A DNA stretch of 64,000 nucleotides from Candidatus Latescibacterota bacterium. Lineage in GTDB: Bacteria > Latescibacterota > UBA2968 > GCA-2709665. The DNA is taken from the NCBI GenBank assembly GCA_965248435.1, contig OZ252100.1, positions 4,544,001 through 4,608,000 on the forward strand, in the 5' to 3' direction. The notes under the pieces are model-generated. The model did not search any database. It was not told the DNA's origin and saw only the letters and a program-made list of their open reading frames with translations. The position numbers and the translations under genes are program-made. How positions within the stretch are numbered: position 1 is the stretch's first letter; the number at the start of each line of letters is the position of its first letter. Below, piece after piece: positions 19,880 to 29,094 of this stretch.

Positions 19880-20908
19880 ATGAGTTTTACAGCGATTTGC
19901 GAGCTTCCGGGTCCCGAGGCCATTCAGGAGGCGATTCCCCTTTCAGAGGAGTTGAAGCGGATCAAGTCTGAGAGGGATCAGGAGATCCGGGCGATTTTCG
20001 AGCGGAAGAGCGAGAAATTTCTCGTTGTGATCGGGCCATGTTCGGCGCACGACGAAGATGCGGTTTGTGAATACGTAAGCCGACTCGCCAGGCTCCAGGA
20101 GGAAGTAAAGGAGCGGCTCGTTCTGATCCCGAGAATCTACACGAACAAGCCGAGGACGACAGGGGAAGGGTACAAGGGTATGGGGCACCAGCCGGACCCT
20201 CAGAAGGAACCCAATATTGCCGAGGGCATCAGTGCCATTCGGAGGATGCACGTGCGGGCCCTTGGGGAATCGCACCTGACGGCTGCGGACGAGATGCTCT
20301 ACCCTGGAAATACGCCTTATCTCGAAGATGTGCTGAGCTACGTCGCCATCGGGGCGCGGTCTGTAGAAAACCAGCAGCACCGGCTGACGGCCAGCGGCCT
20401 CGACGTGCCCGCTGGGATGAAGAACCCGACGGGCGGAGATCTGGACGTGATGTTGAACGCGATCTATGCTGCTCAGCTATCTCACGTTTTCAGTTACAAC
20501 GGCTGGGAAGTCGAGACGACCGGTAATCCTCTGGCACACGCCCTTTTGAGGGGCTTCGTAGATTCTTCCGGGAGGAGCATTCCGAACTATCACCACGAGG
20601 ATCTGATCCACATCGCTGAAGCGTATTTGAAACGCTCGCCTGCCAATCCGTCGATTATCGTGGACACAAACCACGCCAACTCGAACAAGCAGTTCCAGGA
20701 GCAGCCGAGGATCGGCATGGAAGTGATCCGAAGCCTCCAGAGTTCTGATCTTTTGAGAGGGATGATCCGGGGACTCATGGTCGAAAGTTATCTGGTGGAG
20801 GGATCTCAAGACGTAGATGAAGAGGTCTACGGAAAATCAATCACGGATTCCTGTCTGGGTTGGGAGGCGTCGGAAGATTTTGTGAGACAGGTCGCAGAGG
20901 TGTGCTGA
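19880..20908 (+). CDS. DAHP synthase, class I alpha
   Basis: VIGPCSA, KPRTTGEGYKG, AIGARS, GMKNPT, DTNHANS, GKSITDSCLGW. Confidence 0.94.
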   Translation: MSFTAICELPGPEAIQEAIPLSEELKRIKSERDQEIRAIFERKSEKFLVVIGPCSAHDEDAVCEYVSRLARLQEEVKERLVLIPRIYTNKPRTTGEGYKGMGHQPDPQKEPNIAEGISAIRRMHVRALGESHLTAADEMLYPGNTPYLEDVLSYVAIGARSVENQQHRLTASGLDVPAGMKNPTGGDLDVMLNAIYAAQLSHVFSYNGWEVETTGNPLAHALLRGFVDSSGRSIPNYHHEDLIHIAEAYLKRSPANPSIIVDTNHANSNKQFQEQPRIGMEVIRSLQSSDLLRGMIRGLMVESYLVEGSQDVDEEVYGKSITDSCLGWEASEDFVRQVAEVC

Positions 20909-20927
20909 ATCCGATAAGGCGTGGTTT

Positions 20928-21092
20928 AATTGCGGATTGCGGATCTGGGATTGCGGAATGGGAGGGAACGTATCTCGTATCAGGTATCTCGGCGTTAATG
21001 ACCTTCTTAGTACAACAGCGCGATTCGATTCTATCCTATTCGGAGAGCAAGATGTATCCGACGAGATACACTTCACGAGATACGAGATACGC
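20928..21092. repeat. Heptamer arrays with inverted arms
   Basis: ATTGCGG-type units, then CGTATCT units (~20969-20991) facing AGATACG units (~21061-21091). Confidence 0.7.
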
Positions 21093-21106
21093 TCGAAGAG
21101 TCGACT

Positions 21107-22219
21107 ATGTCGGATGATACCCAATTCGCTTCAGCCAGGATTACGATCGTTGGCGTCGGGCTGATCGGTGGATCGCTCGGGCTTGCCCTCAAGCGCTTTG
21201 GGATTGGACGAGAGATCGTCGGGGTCAGCCGACCCGAGACAGTTGAAGCCGCGAAAAAAATGGGGGCCATTGACACAGGATTTGACTATGATCAATTGAA
21301 AGCGGGTGTGGAGGAATCTGAACTTGTGATTCTCTCGACGCCCATTTCCCGGATTCTGGAGCTCTTACCCGAGGTTGTGTCCGGGGTTTCAGAAGGGACT
21401 CTGATTACCGACGTCGGGAGTACCAAGCGCGAAATCGTTGCTGTGGCATCTTCATTGAAGCGGGAAGGGGTCATCTTCGTCGGGGGGCACCCGATGGCGG
21501 GGTCCGAGCAGAGGGGCGTGACGGCCGCCGATCCCTTCCTTTTCGAGAACGCGATCTATATCGTTACCCCAGAGGATGACGTTCCCGAACTCTGGGTGAA
21601 TCGTTTGGTGAACCTGATCGGCCGCCTTGGTGCAAGGCCGATGCGGATCACTGCGCAGGCCCACGATCGTGTTGCTGCCGCGGTGAGTCACCTGCCCCAG
21701 TTGATGGCCACGGCTCTGGTTGGGATGATTGGACGGCTCCACGAGCAGGACGGGGTCCCGATCGAGATGGCAGCCGGGGGGTTCCGGGATCTGACGCGGA
21801 TCGCATCGAGCCCCTACGCAATGTGGCGCGACATCTGCAAGACAAATGTAGGACCGATCCGGGAGATGATCGATCTGTATCTCAGGGATCTGGGCGCCCT
21901 GCGAGATCGAGTGGATGACGACGAATTGGCGGGCAACTTCTCGTATGCAAATGAGATCCGAGGCAATATTCCCAAGGACTCGAAGGGATTTCTCCATACC
22001 CTACACGAGATCTTACTGATCGTCGAGGACCGCCCCGGAGTGATTGCAGGGGTTGCGACAGCGCTTTCGTCGGCAGGGATCAACATCGATGACATCGAAG
22101 TGCTCAAGGTTCGCGAGAGAGAGGGGGGTACGATTCGTATGGGATTCGATACGAAGGAAACCGCCGCGCGGGCCATTGCTATTCTGGATGAGGCGGGTTA
22201 CCGAGTTCGGATGAGGTAG
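21107..22219 (+). CDS. tyrA: Prephenate/arogenate dehydrogenase with C-terminal ACT domain
   Basis: GVGLIGGS, TDVGSTK, GGHPMAGSE, HD...AAVSHLPQ, GFRDLTRIA; ACT EDRPGVIA. Confidence 0.93.
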   Translation: MSDDTQFASARITIVGVGLIGGSLGLALKRFGIGREIVGVSRPETVEAAKKMGAIDTGFDYDQLKAGVEESELVILSTPISRILELLPEVVSGVSEGTLITDVGSTKREIVAVASSLKREGVIFVGGHPMAGSEQRGVTAADPFLFENAIYIVTPEDDVPELWVNRLVNLIGRLGARPMRITAQAHDRVAAAVSHLPQLMATALVGMIGRLHEQDGVPIEMAAGGFRDLTRIASSPYAMWRDICKTNVGPIREMIDLYLRDLGALRDRVDDDELAGNFSYANEIRGNIPKDSKGFLHTLHEILLIVEDRPGVIAGVATALSSAGINIDDIEVLKVREREGGTIRMGFDTKETAARAIAILDEAGYRVRMR

Positions 22220-22222
22220 AGA

Positions 22223-23551
22223 ATGGAGATGAGAGAGCTCGTTTCTGAGTCAATGGAGCAGACGGTCTCGCCGATCAAGGGACTTTCGGGTGAGTGCGAT
22301 CTTCCAGGGCATCCAGAGCTGTCCATGATGGCGCTGGCCCTGTCGGCCAAGGCCGAGGGGACGTCTATTATCCGCCGATGCTCGCGCCGGCCTGAGGTAA
22401 AGACCCTCGCAGGATACCTGGCCCAGATAGGGATAACGGTGGGCTGGGAGGCTGAGGAAGCCAGGGTCACGGGGGGCGTGCTTCAGGCCTCGAATGGTGC
22501 GTTTGATGTCGGGCGATCCGAAGTCCTCTTCGGGTGCCTGGCCGGGCTTGCCGCGGGGGCGGACCTTAGACTGACGTTTGAGGGAAGTCCAGCCGCCGAA
22601 ACCGGCGTGAAGCCCGTCCTGGAAGCGCTTCAATCGTTCGGCGCAAGGTTCACTCCATCCTTCGAAAGCGTCTTCCCCGTAGAGAGCGGGGGCAGCAAGC
22701 CGAGACCCGGTTCTTTCGGTGCCGGCAGGCCAAGCGCTGCAGTCAAAACAGCTGTTTTCCTGGCTACGCTGGATGTCGGCGGTGAGATCGAACTGCTTCA
22801 GGAGGCCGCAGGCGAAGAGGATCTCGAGGTCCTGCTGAAGGCAGCGGGAGGAGACCTTAGGAAGGCCAGGGTTCAGGGAGGGGAAGGCTATCGCCTCGTG
22901 CTGCGCGGACCGGTGTCGGTTCAGGCGACCGAGCAAGATCTTCCAGGGGACCCGGATGCCGCCTTGTTTCTTTTGTTCGCCGCATCCATGCATAAGACGT
23001 CCGACGTGACGCTGCTCGGTGTTGGAAATGACTGGAAGACCCGACGGCTGCTGGACCTGCTGCGGCGGATGAACGCACAGATCGAGATCAAGGTGACACG
23101 ATCCGCATCAGGATTTTCCACGCGCATCGTGCGCGCGACGGGATCGGAGCTTCGGCGTACGAAGATTTCGGGGGAGCAGTCGTCCCTCTTTATGGACGAG
23201 ATCCCGGTTCTGGCCGTGATGGGCGCGCGGGCGGCCGGCGAGACGGTCATTCGGGATGCCCGTGCTCTGCGCGATGGTCCCAACGACTGCCTTGCCTTGA
23301 TGGCGGAGAATCTTCGCAAGATGCAGGTCCGCGTCGGAGAGATTACAGACGGGTTGGTGGTCCAGGGGGGAAGGACGCTTCGCGGCGCGGATGTGGATGG
23401 GGGTGGGGATTCGCGCGTCACCCTGGCGCTTACGCTTGCAGGGCTTGTGGCAGAAGGAGAAACGAAGATCAAAAATCCGGGCCCCGTCGATCGAGACTAC
23501 CCCGGCGTTCTGGACCGCTTGTTGTCCCTGAGCGAAAAGAGAGGGGAGTGA
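22223..23551 (+). CDS. EPSP synthase (AroA)-fold protein with degenerate active site
   Basis: Collinear with class II AroA (PGD..AA.F, DEIP, GETVIRDA, DGLVVQG, YP) but KSISHR, GNSGT, RPM, SAQ, RDHTE, KETxR and DHR motifs are substituted. Confidence 0.85.
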   Translation: MEMRELVSESMEQTVSPIKGLSGECDLPGHPELSMMALALSAKAEGTSIIRRCSRRPEVKTLAGYLAQIGITVGWEAEEARVTGGVLQASNGAFDVGRSEVLFGCLAGLAAGADLRLTFEGSPAAETGVKPVLEALQSFGARFTPSFESVFPVESGGSKPRPGSFGAGRPSAAVKTAVFLATLDVGGEIELLQEAAGEEDLEVLLKAAGGDLRKARVQGGEGYRLVLRGPVSVQATEQDLPGDPDAALFLLFAASMHKTSDVTLLGVGNDWKTRRLLDLLRRMNAQIEIKVTRSASGFSTRIVRATGSELRRTKISGEQSSLFMDEIPVLAVMGARAAGETVIRDARALRDGPNDCLALMAENLRKMQVRVGEITDGLVVQGGRTLRGADVDGGGDSRVTLALTLAGLVAEGETKIKNPGPVDRDYPGVLDRLLSLSEKRGE

Positions 23552-23553
23552 TT

Positions 23554-23694
23554 ATGAAGGTGTTACTCAGGTTGGCACTGTTGACGATTCTCACGGTTTT
23601 TGGGGCCGTCGCCTTTATTCGGTATACCTATGGCTGTTCCTGGAAGGAAAGTTTCGACATCGCGGACCGGTTCGTCGAGGACCTCCTAGGGTAA
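23554..23694 (+). CDS. Small (46 aa) single-TM membrane protein
   Basis: GAGGGGAG RBS; MKVLLRLALLTILTVFGAVAFIRYTYGCSWKESFDIADRFVEDLLG; fills the gap between the aroA-like gene and aroE. Confidence 0.7.
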   Translation: MKVLLRLALLTILTVFGAVAFIRYTYGCSWKESFDIADRFVEDLLG

Positions 23695-23703
23695 GGATCC
23701 AGT

Positions 23704-24570
23704 TTGAAGATCCAGGCAACGAGTCAGGTGCTCGGTGTGATCGGGCACCCGATTTCTCATTCTTTTTCCCCAGACCTTCACAACGCCGCAATCGATGCCC
23801 TTGGCATCGATTATTGCTATGTGGCCTATCATGTCCTGCCGGATAGGGTTGGATCCGCGATCGAGGGATTGCGCGGCCTGAACATTCGGGGTCTAAACGT
23901 TACGATTCCCCATAAACTGGCGGTGATGGAACATCTGGACCAGATTTCGGAGGAGGCCCTGGCCGTCGGTGCTGTGAACACGATCTCGCACGAAGCGGAC
24001 GAGTTGATCGGCTACAACACGGACGTCTACGGAATTGAGGCCGCACTGGTGCGCGTGGCCGGTCTGGAACTGTTGCCAGAAAACTGCGTTGTCCTGGGTG
24101 CGGGTGGTGCCGCTCGGGCGGTTGTCTACGCCCTTGGGAATCGGAAGGAAGTCCAAAGGATCACGATCTTGAACCGAACCGCAAAGCGGGCCGAGGACCT
24201 TGCCAAGGACATGGAAAAGTTGACGGGGAAGACGATCGATGTTGGCGGAATGGACGCCGACGGCCAGGATCGGGCCTTTTCGGAGGCGGGACTCGTCGTG
24301 AATGCGACTTCACTGGGGATGGTTCCGAACATAAAAGATTCCCCCCTGATGAGCGAACGTGCGGTTCACTCAAACCTGGTACTCTACGACACCGTATTCA
24401 ACCCACTCGAGACCCGGCTTATGGGGCAGTTCCGTGAGGTGGGGGCTCAGGCCTTTGGCGGCCTGGATATGCTCGTCTTTCAGGGCGCGCGATCGTTCCA
24501 GATATGGACCGGTATCGAGCCCCCCGTCGATGTGATGAAGCAGGCTGTTCTCTCCAGTCTTAAGACTTAG
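23704..24570 (+). CDS. aroE: Shikimate dehydrogenase
   Basis: GHPISHSFSP, NVTIPHK, GAVNT, GYNTD, GAGGAARA, NRT, MLVFQG. Confidence 0.95.
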   Translation: MKIQATSQVLGVIGHPISHSFSPDLHNAAIDALGIDYCYVAYHVLPDRVGSAIEGLRGLNIRGLNVTIPHKLAVMEHLDQISEEALAVGAVNTISHEADELIGYNTDVYGIEAALVRVAGLELLPENCVVLGAGGAARAVVYALGNRKEVQRITILNRTAKRAEDLAKDMEKLTGKTIDVGGMDADGQDRAFSEAGLVVNATSLGMVPNIKDSPLMSERAVHSNLVLYDTVFNPLETRLMGQFREVGAQAFGGLDMLVFQGARSFQIWTGIEPPVDVMKQAVLSSLKT

Positions 24571-24572
24571 CT

Positions 24573-25283
24573 GTGGGCCCGAACAGAGATGTGAAGCGGG
24601 TATTCGTGCGTGGAATGTTCGACCGGATCGCGGGGACGTATGACCTGCTCAACCACGTTCTCAGCGCGGGTATCGACATCCTGTGGCGCCGCAAGGCGAT
24701 TGACGGGCTTGGACCCGAGCCCGCCTGGCGGGTGCTTGATCTGGCGACCGGCACGGGCGATCTCGGGTTTGAGGTCTCGCGACGCGACTCGCACATCTCT
24801 GTGGTGGGAGTGGACGTCTCAATCCCCATGCTTCGGCGGGGGATCGAAAAGGCGGAGTCCAGACCAGGCCGCACAACCTTCTGCTGTGGCGACGCAGGGC
24901 ATCTCCCCTTGTCGAGTGGTCGGTTTGAAGGGGTGACGATCGGGTTCGGGATTCGGAACGTGTGGGACGTGGATGCTGCTCTGAAGGAGATCCATCGTGT
25001 CCTGCGCCCTGGAGGCAGGCTTGCTGTTCTCGAGTTCTCCCGCCCTCGACTGTTCCTGCTCAGGGACCTCTACTTCTTCTACTTCAAACACGTCCTTCCC
25101 ACGGTCGGCCGCGTAGTTTCTGGTGACCGCCGTGCGTATCAATACCTCTACGAGTCCGCGATGCAGTTTCCCGAGGGCCGGGATTTCTGTCGTCACCTCG
25201 AAAACGAACGATTCGTAGACCTGATCGAGAACCGTATGACGTTCGGGATTGCGACGCTCTACCTTGCCCGAAAGCCCGAATAG
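24573..25283 (+). CDS. ubiE: Demethylmenaquinone methyltransferase (UbiE/MenG)
   Basis: MFDRIA..YDLLNHVLS.G.D..WR, LDLATGTGD, FGIRNV, LEFS, AYQYL.ES. Confidence 0.92.
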   Translation: MGPNRDVKRVFVRGMFDRIAGTYDLLNHVLSAGIDILWRRKAIDGLGPEPAWRVLDLATGTGDLGFEVSRRDSHISVVGVDVSIPMLRRGIEKAESRPGRTTFCCGDAGHLPLSSGRFEGVTIGFGIRNVWDVDAALKEIHRVLRPGGRLAVLEFSRPRLFLLRDLYFFYFKHVLPTVGRVVSGDRRAYQYLYESAMQFPEGRDFCRHLENERFVDLIENRMTFGIATLYLARKPE

Positions 25284-25303
25284 GAACGATCGGAGATTTT
25301 ATT

Positions 25304-27010
25304 TTGCCGAACCCCTTTGTAGATGAGATCGTGCAGCAACTGGCCCAGGCATCGGGTGTTTCATCTGAGGACTTCGTCCCCCTGATCGAAGTGCCCCCAA
25401 ATCCGGACCTGGGAGATTACGCGCTGCCCTGTTTTAGCCTGGCAAAGACGCTTCGGAAGGCCCCGAACCAGATCGCGCTGGAGTTGGCAGAGCAGTTGAA
25501 ATTCGGCGACAGGATCTCGGAGGTACGCGCGGCGGGACCCTATATCAATTTCTTCGTTCACCCGTCCAGCTTTGTCGAGGAGGTCCTCTCGAAGGTTCTT
25601 GCCCAGAGTCGAGAGTTCGGTCGTACAGATGTCGGGACTGGTAAGACGATCGTCATCGATTTTTCCCACCCGAACGTCGCCAAGCCTTTCGGGATTCATC
25701 ACCTGCGTTCGACAGTGATCGGGAATGCGCTCAGGAATATCTTCCGGGCGCTGGGATACGAGGTTGTGGGCGTCAACCACCTAGGAGACTGGGGTTCTCA
25801 GTTCGCCAAGCTCATTGTGGCCTGGAAGCGCTGGGGTGAAGGCGAGCTCACAGAAGAGGCCATCAACATCCAATCGCTTTTGGATCTCTACGTGCGAATC
25901 CACGAGGAGATCGAAGACGATCCTGCGGTAGAAGAAGAAGCCCGAAACTGGTTCCGACGCCTGGAGGACGGAGATGCTGAAGCCACGCGTATGTGGCAGG
26001 TATGCGTTAATGTCAGCTTCAAAGAGTTCAACCGCGTTTATGAAACGCTGGGGATCACGTTTGAATCCGTGGCGGGGGAGAGTTTTTATCAGGATAAGAT
26101 GCCGGCTACGCTCAAGCGGTTGGAGGAGATGGGACTTACCCGGATCAGCGAAGGGGCGACGATTGTAGACCTCTCCGAGTGGGATATGTCTCCCTTCATG
26201 GCCCTGCGAAGTGACGATGCCACGCTTTATGCCACGCGCGATCTGGCCGCGGTCGAATACCGCCAGGAAACCTACGGGTTTCATCAGATGCTCTATGTGG
26301 TAGACGTGGCGCAGTCTCTGCATTTCAGGCAGCTGTTCAAGGTCCTGGAGTTGATGGGCTATGAATGGGGCGAACGATGTGCCCACGTCGTGTTCGGCCG
26401 GCTTCGCTTCAAGGATGGAGCGATGTCTACGCGGCGGGGTCAGATTATCTTTCTGGAAGACGTGCTGAACAAGGCGGTGGATCTGACACGGGAGATCATC
26501 GAAGAGAAGAACCCGGATTTGCCGGACAAGGAGCAGGTGGCTCGAGATGTGGGGATCGGGGCTGTAATCTTCGCTGACTTGGATTCCCGTCGGGTTCGGG
26601 ACGTTGTGTTCGACTGGGACGAAGTCCTGAATTTTAACGGAGAGACCGGGCCTTATGTTCAGTATACACACGCGCGCTATCGTAGTGTGCTGCGGAACTT
26701 TGGACAAGCCCTGCCCCCTTCGGATGTCGATTTCTCTCTTCTGACCGAGCCTGAGACGCTTGCCGTTGTGAAATGCCTGGAACAGTTCCCGTCGCAGATT
26801 GAAAACGCGGCTGAGGAGTATGAACCCTCGCTCATCGCCACATATCTGATCGATCTGTGTAGGGTCGCGAACCGGTTCTACAACGCACACCGCGTGATTT
26901 CGGAAGAGGCACCGCTGACATCGGCGCGCGTGGCGCTCGTTTATGCCATCACGGAAGTGCTGGCCGCCGGGCTGGATCTTCTGGGCATGAAGGCGCCCGA
27001 GCAGATGTGA
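25304..27010 (+). CDS. argS: Arginine--tRNA ligase
   Basis: DFSHPNVAKPFGIHHLRST, NHLGDWG, MSTRRG, GETGPYVQYTHAR, C-terminal PEQM. Confidence 0.95.
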   Translation: MPNPFVDEIVQQLAQASGVSSEDFVPLIEVPPNPDLGDYALPCFSLAKTLRKAPNQIALELAEQLKFGDRISEVRAAGPYINFFVHPSSFVEEVLSKVLAQSREFGRTDVGTGKTIVIDFSHPNVAKPFGIHHLRSTVIGNALRNIFRALGYEVVGVNHLGDWGSQFAKLIVAWKRWGEGELTEEAINIQSLLDLYVRIHEEIEDDPAVEEEARNWFRRLEDGDAEATRMWQVCVNVSFKEFNRVYETLGITFESVAGESFYQDKMPATLKRLEEMGLTRISEGATIVDLSEWDMSPFMALRSDDATLYATRDLAAVEYRQETYGFHQMLYVVDVAQSLHFRQLFKVLELMGYEWGERCAHVVFGRLRFKDGAMSTRRGQIIFLEDVLNKAVDLTREIIEEKNPDLPDKEQVARDVGIGAVIFADLDSRRVRDVVFDWDEVLNFNGETGPYVQYTHARYRSVLRNFGQALPPSDVDFSLLTEPETLAVVKCLEQFPSQIENAAEEYEPSLIATYLIDLCRVANRFYNAHRVISEEAPLTSARVALVYAITEVLAAGLDLLGMKAPEQM

Positions 27011-27047
27011 GAGGCCGCGGCGCGCCGTCAGAGAGAGCAGTGATTGA

Positions 27048-27611
27048 ATGGACCCCGTTCCCGATCGTCAGATTTTCATCACCGGGTTTATGGCTACTGG
27101 AAAGAGCAAGATCGGCCCGATCGTCGCGAACTGTCTGGGACGGTCCTACGTGGATACTGACGATTTGATTCAAGAGGTGGCGGGGAAGACGATTCCAGAG
27201 ATTTTTGAGGAGGATGGCGAGGCGGCCTTTCGGAAGATCGAGCAGGACTGTGTCAGAAAAGCCTCCGGGATGCAGAATTCTGTGATCGCCTTGGGGGGTG
27301 GTGTGGTCACACACGAGGCCAACTGGGAGACGATTCGTTCTACGGGGATCTGTATCTGCTTGCGCGCCTCACCAGAGACGATCGACAGGCGAGTGGCACG
27401 AAGCCGTGAGCGGCCCCTGCTTGACGGATTGAATGACAAGACTCGAATGGAAAAGATTTGCGAGCTGCTCGCGGAGCGTGAGCCGTTCTATAGCAGGGCG
27501 GATCTGTTCGTGACGTCGACCGAAAACCGGAAGCCGGAAGGTACAGCGGAACTCGTTGTCGAGGCGTTGATGAAGTTTGCCCAAGAGACCGGGGACCGGG
27601 AAAGTAAATGA
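27048..27611 (+). CDS. aroK: Shikimate kinase
   Basis: GFMATGKS, DTD, IF..DGE..FR..E, GGG, RPLL, REPFY. Confidence 0.94.
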   Translation: MDPVPDRQIFITGFMATGKSKIGPIVANCLGRSYVDTDDLIQEVAGKTIPEIFEEDGEAAFRKIEQDCVRKASGMQNSVIALGGGVVTHEANWETIRSTGICICLRASPETIDRRVARSRERPLLDGLNDKTRMEKICELLAEREPFYSRADLFVTSTENRKPEGTAELVVEALMKFAQETGDRESK

Positions 27612-27660
27612 CGGGTACCGTGAAGCCGTCGCTCGTCGCTCGTCGTTCGCGGTTCGCAAA
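27586..27660. repeat. Heptamer arrays overlapping the aroK 3' end
   Basis: GACCGGG x2 and TCGCTCG/TCGTTCG units. Confidence 0.55.
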
Positions 27661-27758
27661 CTAAAACCTTACCATATATGCCTGCCCCAGAAAATGCTTT
27701 TATTCCGGGGGCACAGAAGACACAGAGAAGATAGAGCGATGAAGAAAAGGCAGGATCG

Positions 27759-28862
27759 ATGCCAACCCTTCAAGTTAACTTAGGCGAGCGAAGTTACCCG
27801 ATCCGGATCGGACACGGCACGCTGACGGGCCTCGGGCAGGCCTACCAGGAGATGAATCTGGGGCGAGCGGCGGCGATCGTGACGAATCCGACGGTGGCCG
27901 AGCTCTACCTGGATGTGGTGAACGGCAGCTTGCGTGACTCTGGCATCGTCACCACGGTGGTGACCATTCCGGACGGGGAGGCTTACAAGACCCTTGAGAC
28001 CGCAGATGGGGTCTACGGTGACTTGATCACCGCGGGTCTCGACAGAGGTGCCTCGGTCGTGTCCCTGGGAGGGGGGGTCGTTGGAGATACTGCTGGCTTT
28101 GTGGCTGCGACCTATTTGAGAGGGGTCCCCTTCGTGCAGATCCCGACGACGCTGGAGGCGCAGGTCGATGCCAGCGTTGGCGGAAAGACGGGGGTGGATC
28201 ATCCACTGGGAAAGAACATGATCGGGGCATTTCACCAGCCCCGGATGGTATACATCGACACGGATACGCTTCGATCCCTTCCCAGACGGGAGGTGGTTGC
28301 AGGGTTGGCCGAGGTGATCAAACACGCGCTGATTCGTGATGCCGACCTGTTCGCCTTTCTGGAAGCGAGACTGGAGGAAATCATCGAGCTCGGTATTGAA
28401 CCGAATGATCTGGACTGGCTGATCTCGGAAAACTGTCGCATAAAGGCGGAGGTGGTGGAGGTCGATGAGACGGAGGATTCGGGGACGCGAGAGGTCCTGA
28501 ACTACGGGCACACCGCAGGGCACGCGATCGAGGCCTTGACCGACTACGGGAGATACCGGCACGGCGAGGCGGTCTGCCTGGGCATGCTGGCCGCCGGCAA
28601 GATTGCTCTAGACAGGTCGTTCTGGACACAGGTGGACTTCGATCGTCAGAATGCGCTGCTAAAGAGGCTGGGGATCCCACGGGGTGCAGCGGCACTGGAG
28701 CCGGCCGCCCTGGTGGAACAGATGGGGAGGGACAAGAAGGTCCGGGACGGCGTGATTCGCTTCGTGCTGGCCGAGGGGATCGGGCAAGCGGCGAGCTGCG
28801 ATTCCGTTACTCGCGGAGAGATCGACGCCGGGATCGCTTACATGCAGGAGTGCTCTTCGTAG
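27759..28862 (+). CDS. aroB: 3-dehydroquinate synthase
   Basis: DGEAYK, LGGGVVGD, QIPTTL.AQVDASVGGKTG, KNMIGAF, LNYGHT.GHAIE, HGEAV. Confidence 0.96.
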   Translation: MPTLQVNLGERSYPIRIGHGTLTGLGQAYQEMNLGRAAAIVTNPTVAELYLDVVNGSLRDSGIVTTVVTIPDGEAYKTLETADGVYGDLITAGLDRGASVVSLGGGVVGDTAGFVAATYLRGVPFVQIPTTLEAQVDASVGGKTGVDHPLGKNMIGAFHQPRMVYIDTDTLRSLPRREVVAGLAEVIKHALIRDADLFAFLEARLEEIIELGIEPNDLDWLISENCRIKAEVVEVDETEDSGTREVLNYGHTAGHAIEALTDYGRYRHGEAVCLGMLAAGKIALDRSFWTQVDFDRQNALLKRLGIPRGAAALEPAALVEQMGRDKKVRDGVIRFVLAEGIGQAASCDSVTRGEIDAGIAYMQECSS

Positions 28863-29016
28863 ATCGTCGTTCGTGGATCGCAATGACCGGGTACCGGGAT
28901 AGGTAGATAGGTTACAGAGACCTGACGGTTTGGGGGCGACGCCTGCGTCGCCCCGAGAAACCAAAACACGGGTACAGGGTACCGTAAGACCGTCGTTCGT
29001 CGCTCGTAGATCGCAA
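28861..29016. repeat. Composite heptamer/REP repeat, related to 14443-14620
   Basis: CGTTCGTGGATCG..GACCGGGTACCGGG..GGGGCGACGCCTGCGTCGCCCC..AAAACACGGGTAC shared in the same order. Confidence 0.7.
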
Positions 29017-29022
29017 ACAATC

Positions 29023-29053
29023 AAAAAGGGAAGGTCGAATGACCTTCCCTTTT
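29023..29053. terminator. Bidirectional terminator between aroB and lpd
   Basis: AAAAAGGGAAGGTC-gaat-GACCTTCCCTTTT. Confidence 0.88.
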
Positions 29054-29094
29054 GTCATTCCACAACAGATTGTGGAATGTTATAAGCACGGCGC

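Noticed and set aside
25781-26890. Long antisense ORFs (also 32064-33155, 47335-48249, 61676-62719)
   Set aside because: They are shadows of well-supported genes in GC-rich DNA and carry no recognisable motifs.
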